From contig NC_043011.1 of NCBI RefSeq assembly GCF_006345805.1, forward strand, positions 5,518,001 to 5,582,000: a stretch of DNA of 64,000 nucleotides. Direction: 5' to 3'. The notes under the pieces were generated by a model. That model was not told where the DNA came from. It saw only the letters and a program-made list of their open reading frames with translations, and made no database searches. The position numbers were made by a program, and so were the translations under genes. Shown here in pieces: positions 1 to 13,200 of this stretch. The stretch comes from Octopus sinensis. Lineage: Eukaryota. Position 1 is the stretch's first letter. The number at the start of each line of letters is the position of its first letter.

Positions 1-130
1 TCAAATTCTTTCGCCGAGATATTATGATCACAGGGGATGCTCATGTCGATCAATAAGCAAACTTTATTGTTTTGGTCTTTCACAACAATATCCGGTTTAT
101 TGGCTTTGATGGTTTGGTCTGTATGTACTG
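1..130 (-). mobile_element. R4/Dong-like retrotransposon fragment, same family as 35986-38035
   Basis: Reverse complement matches 37503-37630 almost base for base (PVHTDQTIKANKPDIVVKDQNNKVCLLIDMSIPCDHNISAKEF); its 5' junction abuts a (TTA)n tract at 131+. Confidence 0.9.
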
Positions 131-211
131 GAATATTATTATTATTATTATTATTATTATTATGAATAATAATATTATTATTATTATTATTATTCAGTAG
201 TCTTATTATTA

Positions 212-712
212 TCATGGGCTTTCACTACACTACTGAGTGCCGCTCTGTGTGCTTTGGGTATGTGCTGTGGTCTGTTGTGGTGCTCTTATTTTTACTGTAT
301 TGAAAGTGTTTTATGTAAGATGTGTGCGACGCCTGGTAGTGCTATTTTCTGTATGTTGTATATACTTGTAAGTCCTGGTGTTTTTGTTATGCCTTTGTCT
401 GAATGTTTTTTTTATCATACCTAATGTGCCTACTATAATAGTAATTGTTTCAGTTTTTAGGCTCCACATTCGAGTTACCTCTATTTCCAGGTCTTTGTAT
501 TTTGAAAGTTTCTTTGTTTCTTTTAGAGAAACATTGCCATTTGTTGGTATTGATACATCAATTAGAAAGCATTTTCTTTCTTGGTGATCTCTGACAACTA
601 TATCCGGTCTATTAGCCTTAATTTGTCTATCTGTGTGTATTGGCATATCCCAGAGTATGGTTGCTTTCTCATTTTCTGAAACTTTTTCTGGCATCTGCTT
701 ATACCATTTTTT
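212..712 (-). mobile_element. R4/Dong-like 3' fragment (family B), REL endonuclease plus 3' UTR
   Basis: ORF 311..694: ILWDMPIHTDRQIKANRPDIVVRD, LIDVSIP, KLSKYKDLEIE; (TTA/TTG)n tracts on both sides; homologous to 41026-41718. Confidence 0.85.
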
Positions 713-818
713 TCTGTTGTTGTTGTTGTTATTTTAATTGTTGTCACTATTATTATTATTATTGTTGTTGTTGTTATTATTATTATTATTGATATCATTA
801 TTATTATTATTATTATTA

Positions 819-854
<36 letters not shown>

Positions 855-1269
855 GCAGAATTGTTAGCATGCTGGATGAAATGCTTAGCGCTATTTTGCC
901 TGTCACTGCGCTCTGAGTTCAAGTTCCGCCGAGGTCAACTTTACCTTTCAACCTTTCAGGGTCGGCAAATTAAAGCACCAGTGAAACACTAGGGTCAATG
1001 TAATCAAACTGCTGCCCTTGTGGCAAAATTTGAGACTATTATTATCATCATCATCATCATTATTATTACTGGATAAAATAATAAATAGTGGAAAAAGAAA
1101 AACTGTGGGCCAGCTGAATTTTTTTATCAAGTATCTGTCTACATATTATGGGTCTGAACAGATGGGTTTTTTACCATTTAGTTTAGGAATGAGTTACAGA
1201 GCCTATGATCCTTAATTTTTTCCAAAGACTCTAAGACTGATAAAAGGAAAGGGGGACAATAACCTCCTT

Positions 1270-1935
1270 TCTTAAACCATTTCCAGAATTGTCAGACCGA
1301 GACCTATGGAAGTATGCTGTGCGTGAGAAGACTCGGCAGGACAAGTGAGACCATAACCCATGGCCTCTCTACCAGGGATGTAGCCAGTCGACTTATGCAT
1401 GCCTTTCCTTCTTGGGACACAAAACTTCACTTGTGAAGACCCGTTGAGGCAAGTGGAAATCGAAATCAAAATCAAATGAAATGAAATCAAATCAGAAATC
1501 AGAACCAAAATCGAAGTCGATCAACATCAGTGGAAATTGCAGCTGCGATACCAGTGCCAGTGACACATAAGCGTACCATCTGATAGTGTCCGTGGCCAGC
1601 GCCATCCCGACTGGCCACCGTGCCAGTGGCACGTAAAAAGCACCATCCGATCATGGCCGTTGCCAGCCTTGCCTGGCCCCCATGCCGGCGGCACGTAAAA
1701 AGCACCATCCATCCGTGGCCGTTTACCAGCCCCGTCTGGCACCTGTGCGGGTGGCACATAAAAAGCACCCACTACACTCACGGAGTGGTTGGCGTTAGGA
1801 AGGGCATCCAGCCGTAGAAACACTGCCAGATCAGACTGGGCCTGGTGCAGCCTTCAGGCTTCCCAGACCCCAGTTGAACCGTCCAACCCATGCTAGCATG
1901 GAAAGCGGACGCTAAATGATGATGATGATGATGAT
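1270..1935 (+). mobile_element. RTE-type LINE 3' end / RTE-dependent repeat with internal GGCACGTAAAAAGCACC subrepeats and (GAT)n tail
   Basis: RDLWKYAVREKTRQDK* at ~1296-1350, three copies of ggcac(g/a)taaaaagcacc, terminus aacccatgctagcatggaaagcggacgctaaa(tga)n; boundaries approximate. Confidence 0.6.
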
Positions 1936-2659
1936 AGGGGCTTGTGTGCGTGTGTGTGTGTGTGTGACTGTGTCAGGTATTTATTCTATCAATCTCTTTT
2001 GTCAAACTGTTAAGTCACAGGGATGTAAACAACCCAACACTGGCTGTCAAGTGTGCAGCACACACATATACAATGAACATCCATACAGTTTCCATCCAAT
2101 AGTTTTACCCACAAAGCATTGGTTGACCTAAAACTATATTAGAAGACATGGGACTGAACCTGATACCATGTGGTTTCAATGTGAGCTTCTTAAACCACAC
2201 ACCCATGCCTGCACCTATAGCAAATAAATAAAAGATTATAAGTTATGCTGCTACTTCCCAAATTAAGCACTAAAAGCCACAACCCGTTGGATTCACAATG
2301 TGTATGGATTTGGCTCAACAACTTGGCCAGAACGCAGTTCTTTTGTTCTAATATTTATTATTTTAGCGACGGTTTGATATTTCTATGCCAGAAATACCAA
2401 ACTTTGAGACATTCAGAAGGTTAAATCTCTGGTTAAATCTTTTCTACTCTGGGCACAAGGCCTGAAATTTTGGGGGAGGGGTGGGGGGCAGTCGATTAGA
2501 TTGACTCCAGTACACAACTGGTACTTAATTTATCGACCCCAAAAGGATGAAAGGTAAAGTAGATCTCGACAGTATTTGAACTCAGAATGTAAAGGCAGAG
2601 AAAATACCACTAAGCATTTCGCCCGGTCTGCTAACATTTCTGCCAGCTCACCGCCTTAA

Positions 2660-2880
2660 CCCTTTCATTACCGTATTTATTTTGAGATGCTCTGTGTTTC
2701 TTTCAATTATTTTAAATATAACAAAGATTTTAGTAAAATAACTTTGCTACCATTAAGCTAGTGTTAGGAACATAAATTGTGATTAAGGTTTGGTGGAAGA
2801 TTTTAATTCAAAACTTAAGAAAACCAGACATATGTACTACAGAGCCAGAGGCGGTTTTGGCCGGGTAGGTAACGAAAGGG
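2660..2880. mobile_element. piggyBac-type MITE
   Basis: TTAA|CCCTTTCATTACC ... GGTAACGAAAGGG|TTAA: TIRs plus TTAA target duplication. Confidence 0.85.
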
Positions 2881-3796
2881 TTAAAGACTCACATAATCAA
2901 CAAACACTTCATCAAAAGGACTTCTTTAGGCTCAAACAGTATTCAATCCCTTATCAACTTCTATCCACCTACAAAACTCAAGGGAGACCCACAAGATGGG
3001 GAGCTATTGTTAAATACAACACACTTACACACACTGACAATTTACTTCACTTCTCAAGTAAGATCCCATGATTTATAGGCCTTAGGTCACTTGCCAATTT
3101 AGTCCAACCTCTGAACCACAGATGTGCTGTGTCTCCTCTCTGTGCCTTTTCTACTGTTACTATTGTGGCTTCTGCTCTTCAGAATTTTCAATCTTCCACC
3201 AACACAGACAATCCTGATTCATTCATCTCTCTTCTCTTTGTCATGCATATTGTTTCCCCATGTCAAAATCCTTCACTAATCCCTACGTCCAGTTCTTCCA
3301 CAGAATGTCGACCCTCTGGGATTTCCTTGAATATGTTTTCTGTATGACCATTGCCTTGAAATTATCCAAAAGAAATGTTAATAGCATTGGCTCACTGGAT
3401 TTGGAGGTTCCTGTCTCCAAACCTAACCAATAATAATGATAATAATAATGATGATGATGATGATGATGATCCTTTCTATTATAGGCACAAGGCCTGACAT
3501 TTTGGGGGAAGGGGCCAGTTAATTACATCGACCCAGTATTTCACTGGTACTTATTTCATGAACTTTGAAAGGATGAAAGGCAAAGCCAACCTCAGCAGAA
3601 TTTGAACTCAGAACATAGAAATGGGTGAAATACCGCTAAGCATTTCGTCCAGTATGCTAACAATTCTCCCAGCTCACTGCCATAATAATAGTAATAACAA
3701 TAACCACCACCACAACAACAACAACAATAGCAACTTTTGTGATAATAATTTGCTCATTTATTAATATTTTTCTGTTTTCTTCTTTAATCTCTCCAG

Positions 3797-4033
3797 TGTA
3801 AAATTGGTGACACGATTCTCGTTGAGTTTGGTGGCACAGTTTTCTATGATCCTAAACCACAAGATTCCCAGTATGATCTACTGTTAATTGGGGCTGGAAT
3901 TGGAATGAATTCCCTTTATAGCATCCTCAACTTGGTGACGGAGAGAGAAGCCTCAGGAGTAGACAAAGAACTTCTTCCAGGAAAAGTACACTTCATGTAT
4001 TCTTCTAAGACAAAAAAAGAACTTTTGTACAAG
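3797..4033 (+). CDS. OXNAD1: OXNAD1-like oxidoreductase NAD-binding domain protein, internal exon (phase 0-0)
   Basis: ccag|TGT...AAG|gtaacg; CKIGDTILVEFGGTVFYDPKPQDSQYDLLLIGAGIGMNSLYSIL...GKVHFMYSSKTKKELLYK aligns by eye with the OXNAD1 segment VRVGGEFFFDP..LVLIAGGVGINPLLSIL..IKLFYSAK..ELLFK; upstream exons lie outside the window or were not found. Confidence 0.85.
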
Positions 4034-4633
4034 GTAACGTTGACAAAACAGAAGGTAACTTCTGATAAAAGCTGAAAATTTTACTCTTTCTTTCACTGCT
4101 CCTCTGAACAACCCATCTTTTCTATTTCATCTGAGAGTCTTCCCTCTTTCCCACTCGTTATACCTAATGTCTGTCCCTTTCCAGACCTTATTCTAAATAC
4201 TTTACTCAGACCTTACCCAACAGAAATACTTCCCTCTGTAATTCCACTCCTGGAACCGTGTGATTAGGAAGCAAGCTTCTTACCACACAGCCATGCCTAT
4301 GTTTTTGGAAGTAAACCCCACTGTGGTAAACAAGGATAGAGGTATATTTATTTCTTTATTGCCAACAGCGGGCAAAACATAGAGGGGATAAACACGGACA
4401 AAAAAAGAGATTAAGTCAATTACATCAACTCCAGTGCGTAACTGGTACTTATTTAATCGACCCCGAAAGGATGAAAGCAAAGTTGACCTCGGCAGAATTT
4501 GAACTCAGAACATAATGGCAGATGAAAGAACGTAACAGCAGAAGAATAGATGTATATTGATAATATGATGATACCAGTGGCCTTCCTTTTCTTCCATTGC
4601 AGCATGTGATTTGAAGGAGATTAGTTTGCTATA

Positions 4634-5096
4634 CTCTTTTACTCTCTCTCTTTTACTTGTTTCAGTCATTTGACTGCGGCCATGCTGGAGCACCGCCTTT
4701 TAGTCGAGCAAATCGACCCCGGGACTTATTCTTTGTAAGCCCAGTACTTATTCTATCGGTCTCTTTTGCCGAAGGTGGTGAGCTGGCAGAAACGTTAGCA
4801 CGCTGGGCGAAATGCGTGGCCGTATTTCGTCTGCCGCTACGTTCTGAGATCAAATTCTGCTGAGGTCGACTTTGCCTTTCATCCTTTCAGGGTCGATAAA
4901 TTAAGTACCAGTTTCGCACTGGGGTCAATGTAATCGACTTAATCCATTTGTCTGTCTTTGTTTGTCCCCTCTGTGTTTAGCCCCTTGTGGGTAGTAAAGA
5001 AATAGGTCTCTTTTGCCGAACCGTTAAGTGACGGGGATGTAAACACACCAGCATCGGTTGTCAAGCAATGCTAGGGAGACAAACACAGACACACAA

Positions 5097-5144
<48 letters not shown>

Positions 5145-5317
5145 TTATATACGACAGGCTTCTTTCAGTTTCCGTCTACCAAATCCACTCACAAGGCTTT
5201 GGTTGGCCCGGGGCTATAGTAGAAGACACTTGCCCAAGATGCCACGCAGTGGGACTGAACCCGGAACCATGTGGTTGGTTAGCAAGCTACTTACCACACA
5301 GCCACTCCTGCACCTAT
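4634..5317 (-). mobile_element. SINE family A (tRNA-derived head, internal (TA)/(TG) tract, GAGTAAAA tail), interrupted by a SINE B copy
   Basis: Matches the complete + copy at 43586-44000; many further copies or fragments at ~2000-2215, 16815-17212, 24890-25080, 27120-27260, 31945-32280, 35450-35785, 51572-51730, 54278-55050. Confidence 0.9.
4774..5004 (+). mobile_element. SINE family B (GGTGGTGAGCTGGCAGAAACGTTAGC head) nested in SINE A
   Basis: 16-bp TSD GGTCTCTTTTGCCGAA at 4758-4773 and 5005-5020; related copies or fragments at ~855-1035, 2480-2655, 3475-3680, 4330-4520, 41945-42200, 42340-42545, 50100-50270, 63860-64000. Confidence 0.9.
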
Positions 5318-5415
5318 GTCTAGATTATTGAGTGTCTGTGTAGAAGCTCTCTAGTTGACTCTCGCACACCATTTGGCTTCAGTGCAACGTAATTGCTCTC
5401 TCTCTCTTTCGACAG

Positions 5416-5506
5416 GACAAACTTGATGAAATGGAGAGAAACCATCAAAACATAAGCTGCCAATATTTCGTGACTCAAGAAAAACTCAATGAACCGAATA
5501 TTAAAG
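5416..5506 (+). CDS. OXNAD1: OXNAD1-like penultimate coding exon (phase 0-1)
   Basis: ttcgacag|GAC...AAAG|gtaatc; DKLDEMERNHQNISCQYFVTQEKLNEPNIK; phases join both neighbouring exons. Confidence 0.8.
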
Positions 5507-5510
5507 GTAA

Positions 5511-5724
5511 TCTTTTACTCTTTTACTCTTTTACTTGTTTCAGTCATTTGACTGCGGCCATGCTGGAGCACTGCCTTTAATCGAGCAACTCGATCCCGGG
5601 ACTTATTCTTTTGTAAGCCCAGTACTTATTCTAACGGACTCTTTTGCTGAACCGCTAAGTAACAGGGACATAAACACACCAGCATCGGTTGTCAAGCAAT
5701 GCTAAGGGAACAAACACAGACACA

Positions 5725-5766
<42 letters not shown>

Positions 5767-5932
5767 CAACGGGCTTCTTTCAGTTTCCGTCTACCAAATT
5801 CACTCACAAGGCTTTGGCCGGCCCAAGGCTATAGTAGAAGACACTTGCCCAAGGTGCCATGCAGTGGGACTGAACCCGGAACCATGTGGTTGGTAGACAA
5901 GCTACTTACCACACAGCCAGTCCTGCGCCTAT
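5511..5932 (-). mobile_element. SINE family A, complete copy
   Basis: Full head-to-tail match to 43586-44000; begins 5 nt after the OXNAD1 donor site. Confidence 0.9.
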
Positions 5933-6336
5933 AAATGTTTTAATTTTTTTTTTTCTTTTTTACTTTTTTCAGTCTGAAGCCATGCTTTGAAGAGTTAATC
6001 AAACGAATCAACTCCAGGGTTTATTAATTTTTTTTGTAAATCCTTGTACTTATTTTATTGTTCTCTTTTGTTGAACTGTTAAGTTATGGGGATCTAAATA
6101 TAACCAATACTGGTTGTCAAGAGGAGTTGGGGGACAAACATAGACATAAAAACACACACACACTCATATATGTATGTTTGTATGTGTGTGTGTGTGTGTG
6201 TGTGAAAAGGATGAATTATATTTTGTCCTTTAATTTGGAAGATTCTTAAAAACGATTTCTAATATAGATTCTTCGTATTTTGCTGGTAGCTTACTTGGTA
6301 TAAATTTGTAGCTTACAAGTTTATATATATAATATA

Positions 6337-6375
<39 letters not shown>

Positions 6376-7812
6376 TATATACAAACATACATGTACATAC
6401 CTACATATATATGTATATATACATGCATATACGGGTACAGGATGTCAAAAAACATGAACGAAATGAGAAACAAGAACATAAAAAAGCAAAAGCATGGAAA
6501 ACAAACTTTTTTTCAAACAATGAAAAAGACAAATAGAGAAACGAGGCAGGCAACATAAAGAACATTCCCTTCATCAGTTGTCCCCTGTTTTATCTACTCC
6601 ACTTTTCGAAGGTAGGGACCACACAGCCAAGCCTGACTTTTGAGAGATCTTGTTTTTGCATGGAAGAAATTGTCTTTTTATTCAAAACAGACGGAAGTCG
6701 GTTCCTCAAGTATTTCAGAATTTCATGGTGTTCTGGTTGACAACTAGGATATAAGATGTTATATATTTTGGAAGTGGTTAATTGAACAAACTGTAAGCAA
6801 AAATGGAAAAGTAGTATGTTTTAATGGTGATTGTGGTTGCATGGATGTGATCCTACCACCATTGAAGTTGTGATACTCATGCCTTTCTAAGAAGTATTAG
6901 AAATGTAAATGAACCGGTTCAAGTGACAATCAAGATTTGGTTCAGTTTACCAGAGATCTTGTGCTTTTAACAGCAGTTCATTTGTTTGCGAGATTATGAA
7001 ACTCACGAGAAATAAAAGATATTTTTGTTAGTGCTAAATGTCTGAGGTAAGATGCTGTCATACTGCCTCAGCATCAACCGCTCCCTTCGTCAAGTCAGCT
7101 TCACTGATGTGACATAGTTTGAATGCAACTGGTTTGCCATCGCATTTGGTGTTAACATAACACCAAAAAGGACAGTGAAATATTGCACATTGTCCTGATC
7201 TTGTCATTCTGAGGGGTCAAATTTCCAGCTTGGAATGCAACCTGAAATGATAATTTCTCCATCATCAACTTGATGAAAGCAGAAACAGCCTCAGGCTCCA
7301 TACTCCAACAGGATGAGGACTGCAAATTGATGTCCCGATGCTCTTCTGTGATTTTCTTTTTGAACCTACAGCAGGGGAAATGTCTGGTGATCTATAACCC
7401 TGGACCACCTCTCAGTCTGATCAACGTAGAGATGGCTAGCTGCAGGAATGAGTTCTGCAAGAATTTGAACAGTTCTTTTGGCAAATCTTGCTGACAATTC
7501 TTTGTGAGTAACACATGGCATTTTGTCTGTTAAGACCACAAAACATGTAATTAAAGTGTTTGAGCTTGTGAAATTTTATGATTTTAAGAATTTTTGGGAA
7601 TAAAAAGATATTTCTATTCAGCCACTTCCAGACAATTCACTTAATCTCTAATGGTGAAAAGTGATTCTTTTTAAATATTTACATTTTCACATGAAAAAGA
7701 TTTTACGTCTCTTTTTTATAGTTTAGTCAGAGAGAGAAGGGCTGTAATGATAACAGAATTTTTTTGTCCTCCAAGACAGGTGGGGAAAAGCATAGAACTT
7801 ATCCTTAATTTA

Positions 7813-8035
7813 AGGTGGTGAGCTGGCAGAAACGTTAGCATGCCGGGCGAAATGCATATCGGTATTTCGTCTGCCATTACGTTCTGATTTCAAATTCCGC
7901 CAAGGTTGACTTTGCCTTTCATCCTTTTGGGGTTGATAAATTAAGTACCAGTTACGCACTTGGGTTGATGTAATCGATTTAATCCCTTTGTCTGTCCTTG
8001 TTTGTCCCCTCTATGTGGGAAATAAAGAAATAAGA
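7813..8035 (+). mobile_element. SINE family B
   Basis: Colinear with 4774-5004. Confidence 0.85.
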
Positions 8036-8383
8036 CCTTATCCTTTATAGGGGCCTGATCAGAATTCTTGTAACAGACTGGAATTTGCTAAAGGCATTCA
8101 AGGACCAGATGGCAGCTGTGTTGATACATTGGGTGATAGATTAAGTTTGCTACCCACGAGCAGAGAGGAAATACCAAGCAGGCTTCCACATGGTTTCCAT
8201 TTCCAAAATTCCTCTCCTAAGTATCGATCTGAAGCACTTGTTCAAGGTGTTGCATAGTGAGATTAAAGTTAAAACCACATAGTCTGCATCGTTAAGAACC
8301 AAACTTCTTAACACCTGTGTGTGTGTGTGTTGTCTTGATTTAAGTTTTAATCTTTGTTTAATTTTTGTTCTTCTCTCCTTCAG

Positions 8384-8550
8384 ATTGTCGAATAAACAAA
8401 GAAGATGTGGAAAATGCTTTTCAAATGGTGGACAAAAGCAAGTGCAAAGTGTTTCTGTGTTTACCATTCGAAATGTGCAATGAAATTGAAGATACATTAC
8501 TGAATCAGGATATTGTAATTGACCAAATATTTTCTATCAATTGGTGGTAA
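8384..8550 (+). CDS. OXNAD1: OXNAD1-like terminal coding exon
   Basis: ttctctccttcag|AT; (D)CRINKEDVENAFQMVDKSKCKVFLCLPFEMCNEIEDTLLNQDIVIDQIFSINWW*; the terminal WW and the R-I helix match OXNAD1 (GRIT..FYICGPPPM..FEKWW); AATAAA at 8559-8564. Confidence 0.85.
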
Positions 8551-9076
8551 TCTTGATAAATAAAACCACTTTTCCAGGTATTACCAGAACATACAACACC
8601 AAAATTTTGTTGGTGGCACTCGAAGAGAAATCATAAATTTTTTCTAGCTTTTATATTTTTAATATTTTTTTCTTCTCTTTTACAACTCTAATTCGCCATT
8701 TTATATGTTCTTCCACAATACTCATCTCTTTCTGGCACAGACAAATGATTCTGAAATTCAAAAAACTCCATGAGTCCTTGTGGTTTAAAATAAATGCCAG
8801 ATTTATGGGTTTTTGCTACATTTCCTTTACTTCACTTCAATATATTTAACGTGTATTTAAGTATATTATAACATTAAAACCATGATATACCATAAATATA
8901 TCACTAACAGAGAAACGGAAGCCGCCTATCTGTTGGTCACGTGATATATCGTCTGCTGTCTTTCTCTTTTCATTACTAGAGATATCGTCTGCTCTTCTCA
9001 TTTTATCGTGTCATATGTCGTCTGCTCAATGAACCTACCTTACAACTACCGCATCTGTTTCTTTTTATATCTCACT

Positions 9077-9129
<53 letters not shown>

Positions 9130-10272
9130 AACACACACACACACACACACATCCTTTCTTTCTTTCTTTCTGTCTGACTGTCTGTCTCTCTCTCTCTCTC
9201 TCTTTCTCTCTCAATGTATGTTCAATTATTAATCTTTCTCTTTTAGTAATTCTCTACGTTTCTCTTTCCCTTCCAAGTTACCCCCTCCACATTTTGTCTT
9301 TTTCTCTTTAACCATCAGCTACCCATACGTACATTTACGCATGAACACACACACACACATACACACACACACATACATACATACATACATACATACATTC
9401 ATGTAAACTCCACGCACACACACACACCCACATTTATATATATATATATATATTTACATCTTCACATTCATGCGGTGTGAAGTAGTTGGATAAAACAATC
9501 CTGATGTCTTCTCGTCTTCTTCTAATGGCCGTTCGCCTGTGTATTACGAAGAGAGAGAGAGAGAGAGAGAAGAAAGAAAAAAAACAGGAAGAATACGGAG
9601 TAGAAAAGAAAGAGAAAGAGAACAAAATCACTCTCTGCCTTTCTTTCTTGGTTACTCGTATAACTTTCTCGTTTACGTTTCTCCACCCCCTTCTCTCTCT
9701 TTCTCTCTCTCTCTCTTTCTCTCTCTCTCTCGTTCTTTCTTTCTCTGTCTGTCTATGACGCACCAAAATACACACACACACACACGTGCAGAGGGAGAAC
9801 GACAGAGAGAAAGGGGGAGGGAGAAAGAAAAAGTGAAAGGGTGAAAGAAAATGTGAAAGGGTGAAAGAGTAAGTGCGTGGGGAAGAGAGAGAGAGTGTGT
9901 GAAAGGGAGAAAGAGAAAGTGTGAAGGATGGGAGAGGGAGAAAGTATTTCCTTATTCACCATAAGGTTGGGGAGAGGGAGAAAGATAGAAGTAAGAGCGA
10001 AGGAGGGAAGAGAAAAAAAGAGTGGGAGAGAAAGTGACGGACGGAAAGAGAAGGTGAAGGCGTAGGAGTGTGTGCACGTGTGTTCAGTCAAGCAGCCAAC
10101 CATTCGAAAACGACCGAACCATTCCCGCCTTTTCAACTCTGAGCAGACGAAGACCTTTTTACTGCCGAAATAACATTTAATAATATTATCCTTAGGTCTT
10201 TTCTGTTTGGTTGCCAATTTCCATTTCTGTTCAAATTTATTTCATTTTCAGTGTAACGATCCATTTTTATAG

Positions 10273-13200
10273 CAGGAGTGTCAAAACTCATTTTAGTTCA
10301 CGGGCCACATAGCAACTCAATTTGATCTCAAGCGGACCGGACCAGTAAAATCCTGGCATAAGAATCTATCAATAGCCGTTTCAAAATTTTCTCTTTGTTT
10401 TAGTGTAAAGTACATTCTGAAAATGTTTATGTTTAAAGAATTTTTTTGCAAAACATTGAACAAGCGAAAGTGGGAACTTTTAAAGAAGACTGAGTTATCA
10501 CACTGACTTGTATATGTATACAATTTATAAAAAAAAAATTTTTTTTTTATTTTAATCCCTTTTTTTATCATTTACTAGCAATATCGCCTGGCGTTGCTCG
10601 GGTTTGTAAGGGAAATAACTATCTAAGCATTTTTAGAGATGTAAAGTATAATAGCCATCTCAATATGGCTAACCACAAAGGGGGGGGGGTGTTACTGTAG
10701 CTTTTTACGTTCTGAGATTTAATAATACATTTTTAGAGAGTTACTTCCCTTATATAATAGCGAAAAAATGCATTAAAAATGGGAAAAAATTATGGTAAAT
10801 TTTTTTTAAATCGTAGACTCATCGTAGACGCGCGCTAATACCCAGAAGGGCTCGATATGAATCACGACTATAAGATACCCGCTTTTGGTTACACTGCACC
10901 GCAAAATGTGGGAGTAGTTAGGAATCTAAATCGTAGGAGACAGACACACAACTTCACTTTTATATATAAAGACTAGCAGTATCGCCCGGCGTTGCTCGGG
11001 TTTGTAAGGGAAATAACTATATAAGCATTTTTAGAGAGTTACTTCCCTTATAGATACCAATTCGGGCTTTCTTAGCCATTTCTGCTTTGGTGTCTTCAAG
11101 CCATGAAGTCGTTGTTCTAAAAGAACGCTGGTCTCCTTGACAACGCTTTACGACGTTGATTTCCTTACACTCCCTTCCCCACAGCTTCACGAGGGAGGGA
11201 AGAAGGGGGAGAAGCAAACAGGTGCAGGTGTGACCATGGACGCCAACTCCGCCGCCATCGACACACGAAAAATTATGCATTAAAATGGAATAAAAAATGA
11301 TATTAAATTATTTTTAAAATCGTAGACGGGCTCGATATGAATCACGACTATAAGATACCCGAATTTGGTTAAACTGCATCGCAAAATGTGGGAGTAGTTA
11401 GGAATCTAAATCGTAGGAGACAGACACTCACACAACTACAGTTTTATATATATAGATATCCAATATGTTCCTGAACTTGGCTTCTTTTCTCCTTCACAAG
11501 TGCATCAATATCAGGCGTCAAATCCTGAGTAGCAGCCAATTTCAGGATGTCATTTAGGTGTGAGCCTTGAGTGCAGATTTGTTTTTTGTTTTTTTTTGAT
11601 GCTCATAGAGAAAACTTGTTCACAAAAGTAGGTAGTCCTGAACAAGCACAAAACTTTCGCAGCAAGGGCTGTAAATTTGGGGTTCTTTGGCAAGTGATAC
11701 TGATAAAATATGTCCAAGCCTACCGAGATAAATTTGTTGTTCAAATCTGAATCCCACTGCAAGTCAATCATTTCAAGTTGGATGTTGACGAGCAGATCAG
11801 AGGCGTTGACTGTAAATGGCGAGCGAAAACTGTAAGATCTGTCTCAAGTTCATTAAAAATCCGAAACCGTTGCTCAAATTCTCGCAGAAATCCCGTGATA
11901 TCGTCTTTGTACCGATTCATGTTAACATTATCCGCAGTCGCAACCACATCTTTTAGACAAGGAAAACGAACAGGGTCACCACCTGACAGTTGTTTCTCCC
12001 ACAAAGTTAGCTCCATCTTAAATGCACGTATGCTTTCAAAATACTGTGTGACAACTTTTTTACGGCCTTGCAGCATTTTGTTCAGATTATTCAAGTGCTC
12101 TGTCGGAGCACTGCATCCTTCAAAACTTCCATGCTTTCTGAGATTCGCCAAAACTACAGCTGATTTTCTCCCCTCCATACACACACAAGCATGTATCTGA
12201 CTCATACATTGTTCGCTTTCCAGACATTTGTACATTACTGCATATACTCTGACAAGTTGTGGTGCACCTGAGCACTATACAATAATTTCATTATTATTAT
12301 TATTAATATTATTATTATTCATCTGCGCCCTTCCTCTTCCGGTCAGCTCCCCAGCCGCTGACGTCATCCCACACTCGCTGGCCAGATGAAATGGGGGTGG
12401 TTCCGGTTCGCAGGCCGTATGTCTGACGCCACTGTTTTTTAGGCTGATCAATGCCATGGAAATCATTTTCGTAATAACTCAATATCGGTGTGATATGGCA
12501 AGCCACAAGTAACGCCTATATCGCGTCAAACTGTGACTGTGGTTCAGACATCTAGCTCGGACGAAATTAACAGTTCGGACAACCACTTCCAAGACGGGAT
12601 CCATTTTGAATGGCTGGCAACACAATGCCTCCTGGTGCAAAATGCAGTGAAATATCCCCAAATCACGTCTTCCATTTGCAGTCTGTACTTTCTCTCTGAA
12701 CTGCGTCACAACACCTGATTTTTTCCGCAATCATTGATGGCGCGCCATCTGTAGCCACGCTGACAGCACAGGTTCAATCCACTCCGACCCTGTCCAACGC
12801 TCCAACGAGAGTGATGAAAATGTTATTTGTTGTTGTGGTGTATATCATAGGGACCAATTCCAGGAACCCGTCGGTGACGGTCAAAGTCTTATCTACACCT
12901 CGAATGAATATGGCCAGTTGCACAACGTCCGTAATGTCCGTACTCTCATCAATTGCAACCGCAAATGCAAAAAAATTACTTGACTTTGTGCTTCAATTAC
13001 CTGTCCAAATCTACAGAAAGATTTGAAATCCTATCTGCCAGTGTTTCTCGTCGGGCTAATGTTGGCAAAGGCCTGTCACTTCTCAGGGCATGCAATTTCT
13101 GCAACCTTCAATATGCATGTTTTCATGAACTCTCCCTCACAGTACGGTTTCGATGCTAATGCTACTTCTCTAGCCACAAGGTAGCTAGCTTTTACTGCTG

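Noticed and set aside
2269-2300. KATTRWIHN, resembling the end of the preceding OXNAD1 exon (..LWVHN)
   Set aside because: In-frame stop just upstream, no acceptor and a poor donor
6555-6620. CTGATGA-AGGG on the minus strand as another hammerhead
   Set aside because: No closing stem II or downstream GAAA; at most a degraded half motif
8948-9030. Three TCGTCTGCT motifs downstream of OXNAD1
   Set aside because: Short motif also scattered elsewhere (10140, 15617); no structure supports a function
9753-10217. 154-aa minus-strand ORF starting MATKQKRPK
   Set aside because: The start codon is TTG, not ATG, and most of the frame is (CT)n-like low complexity
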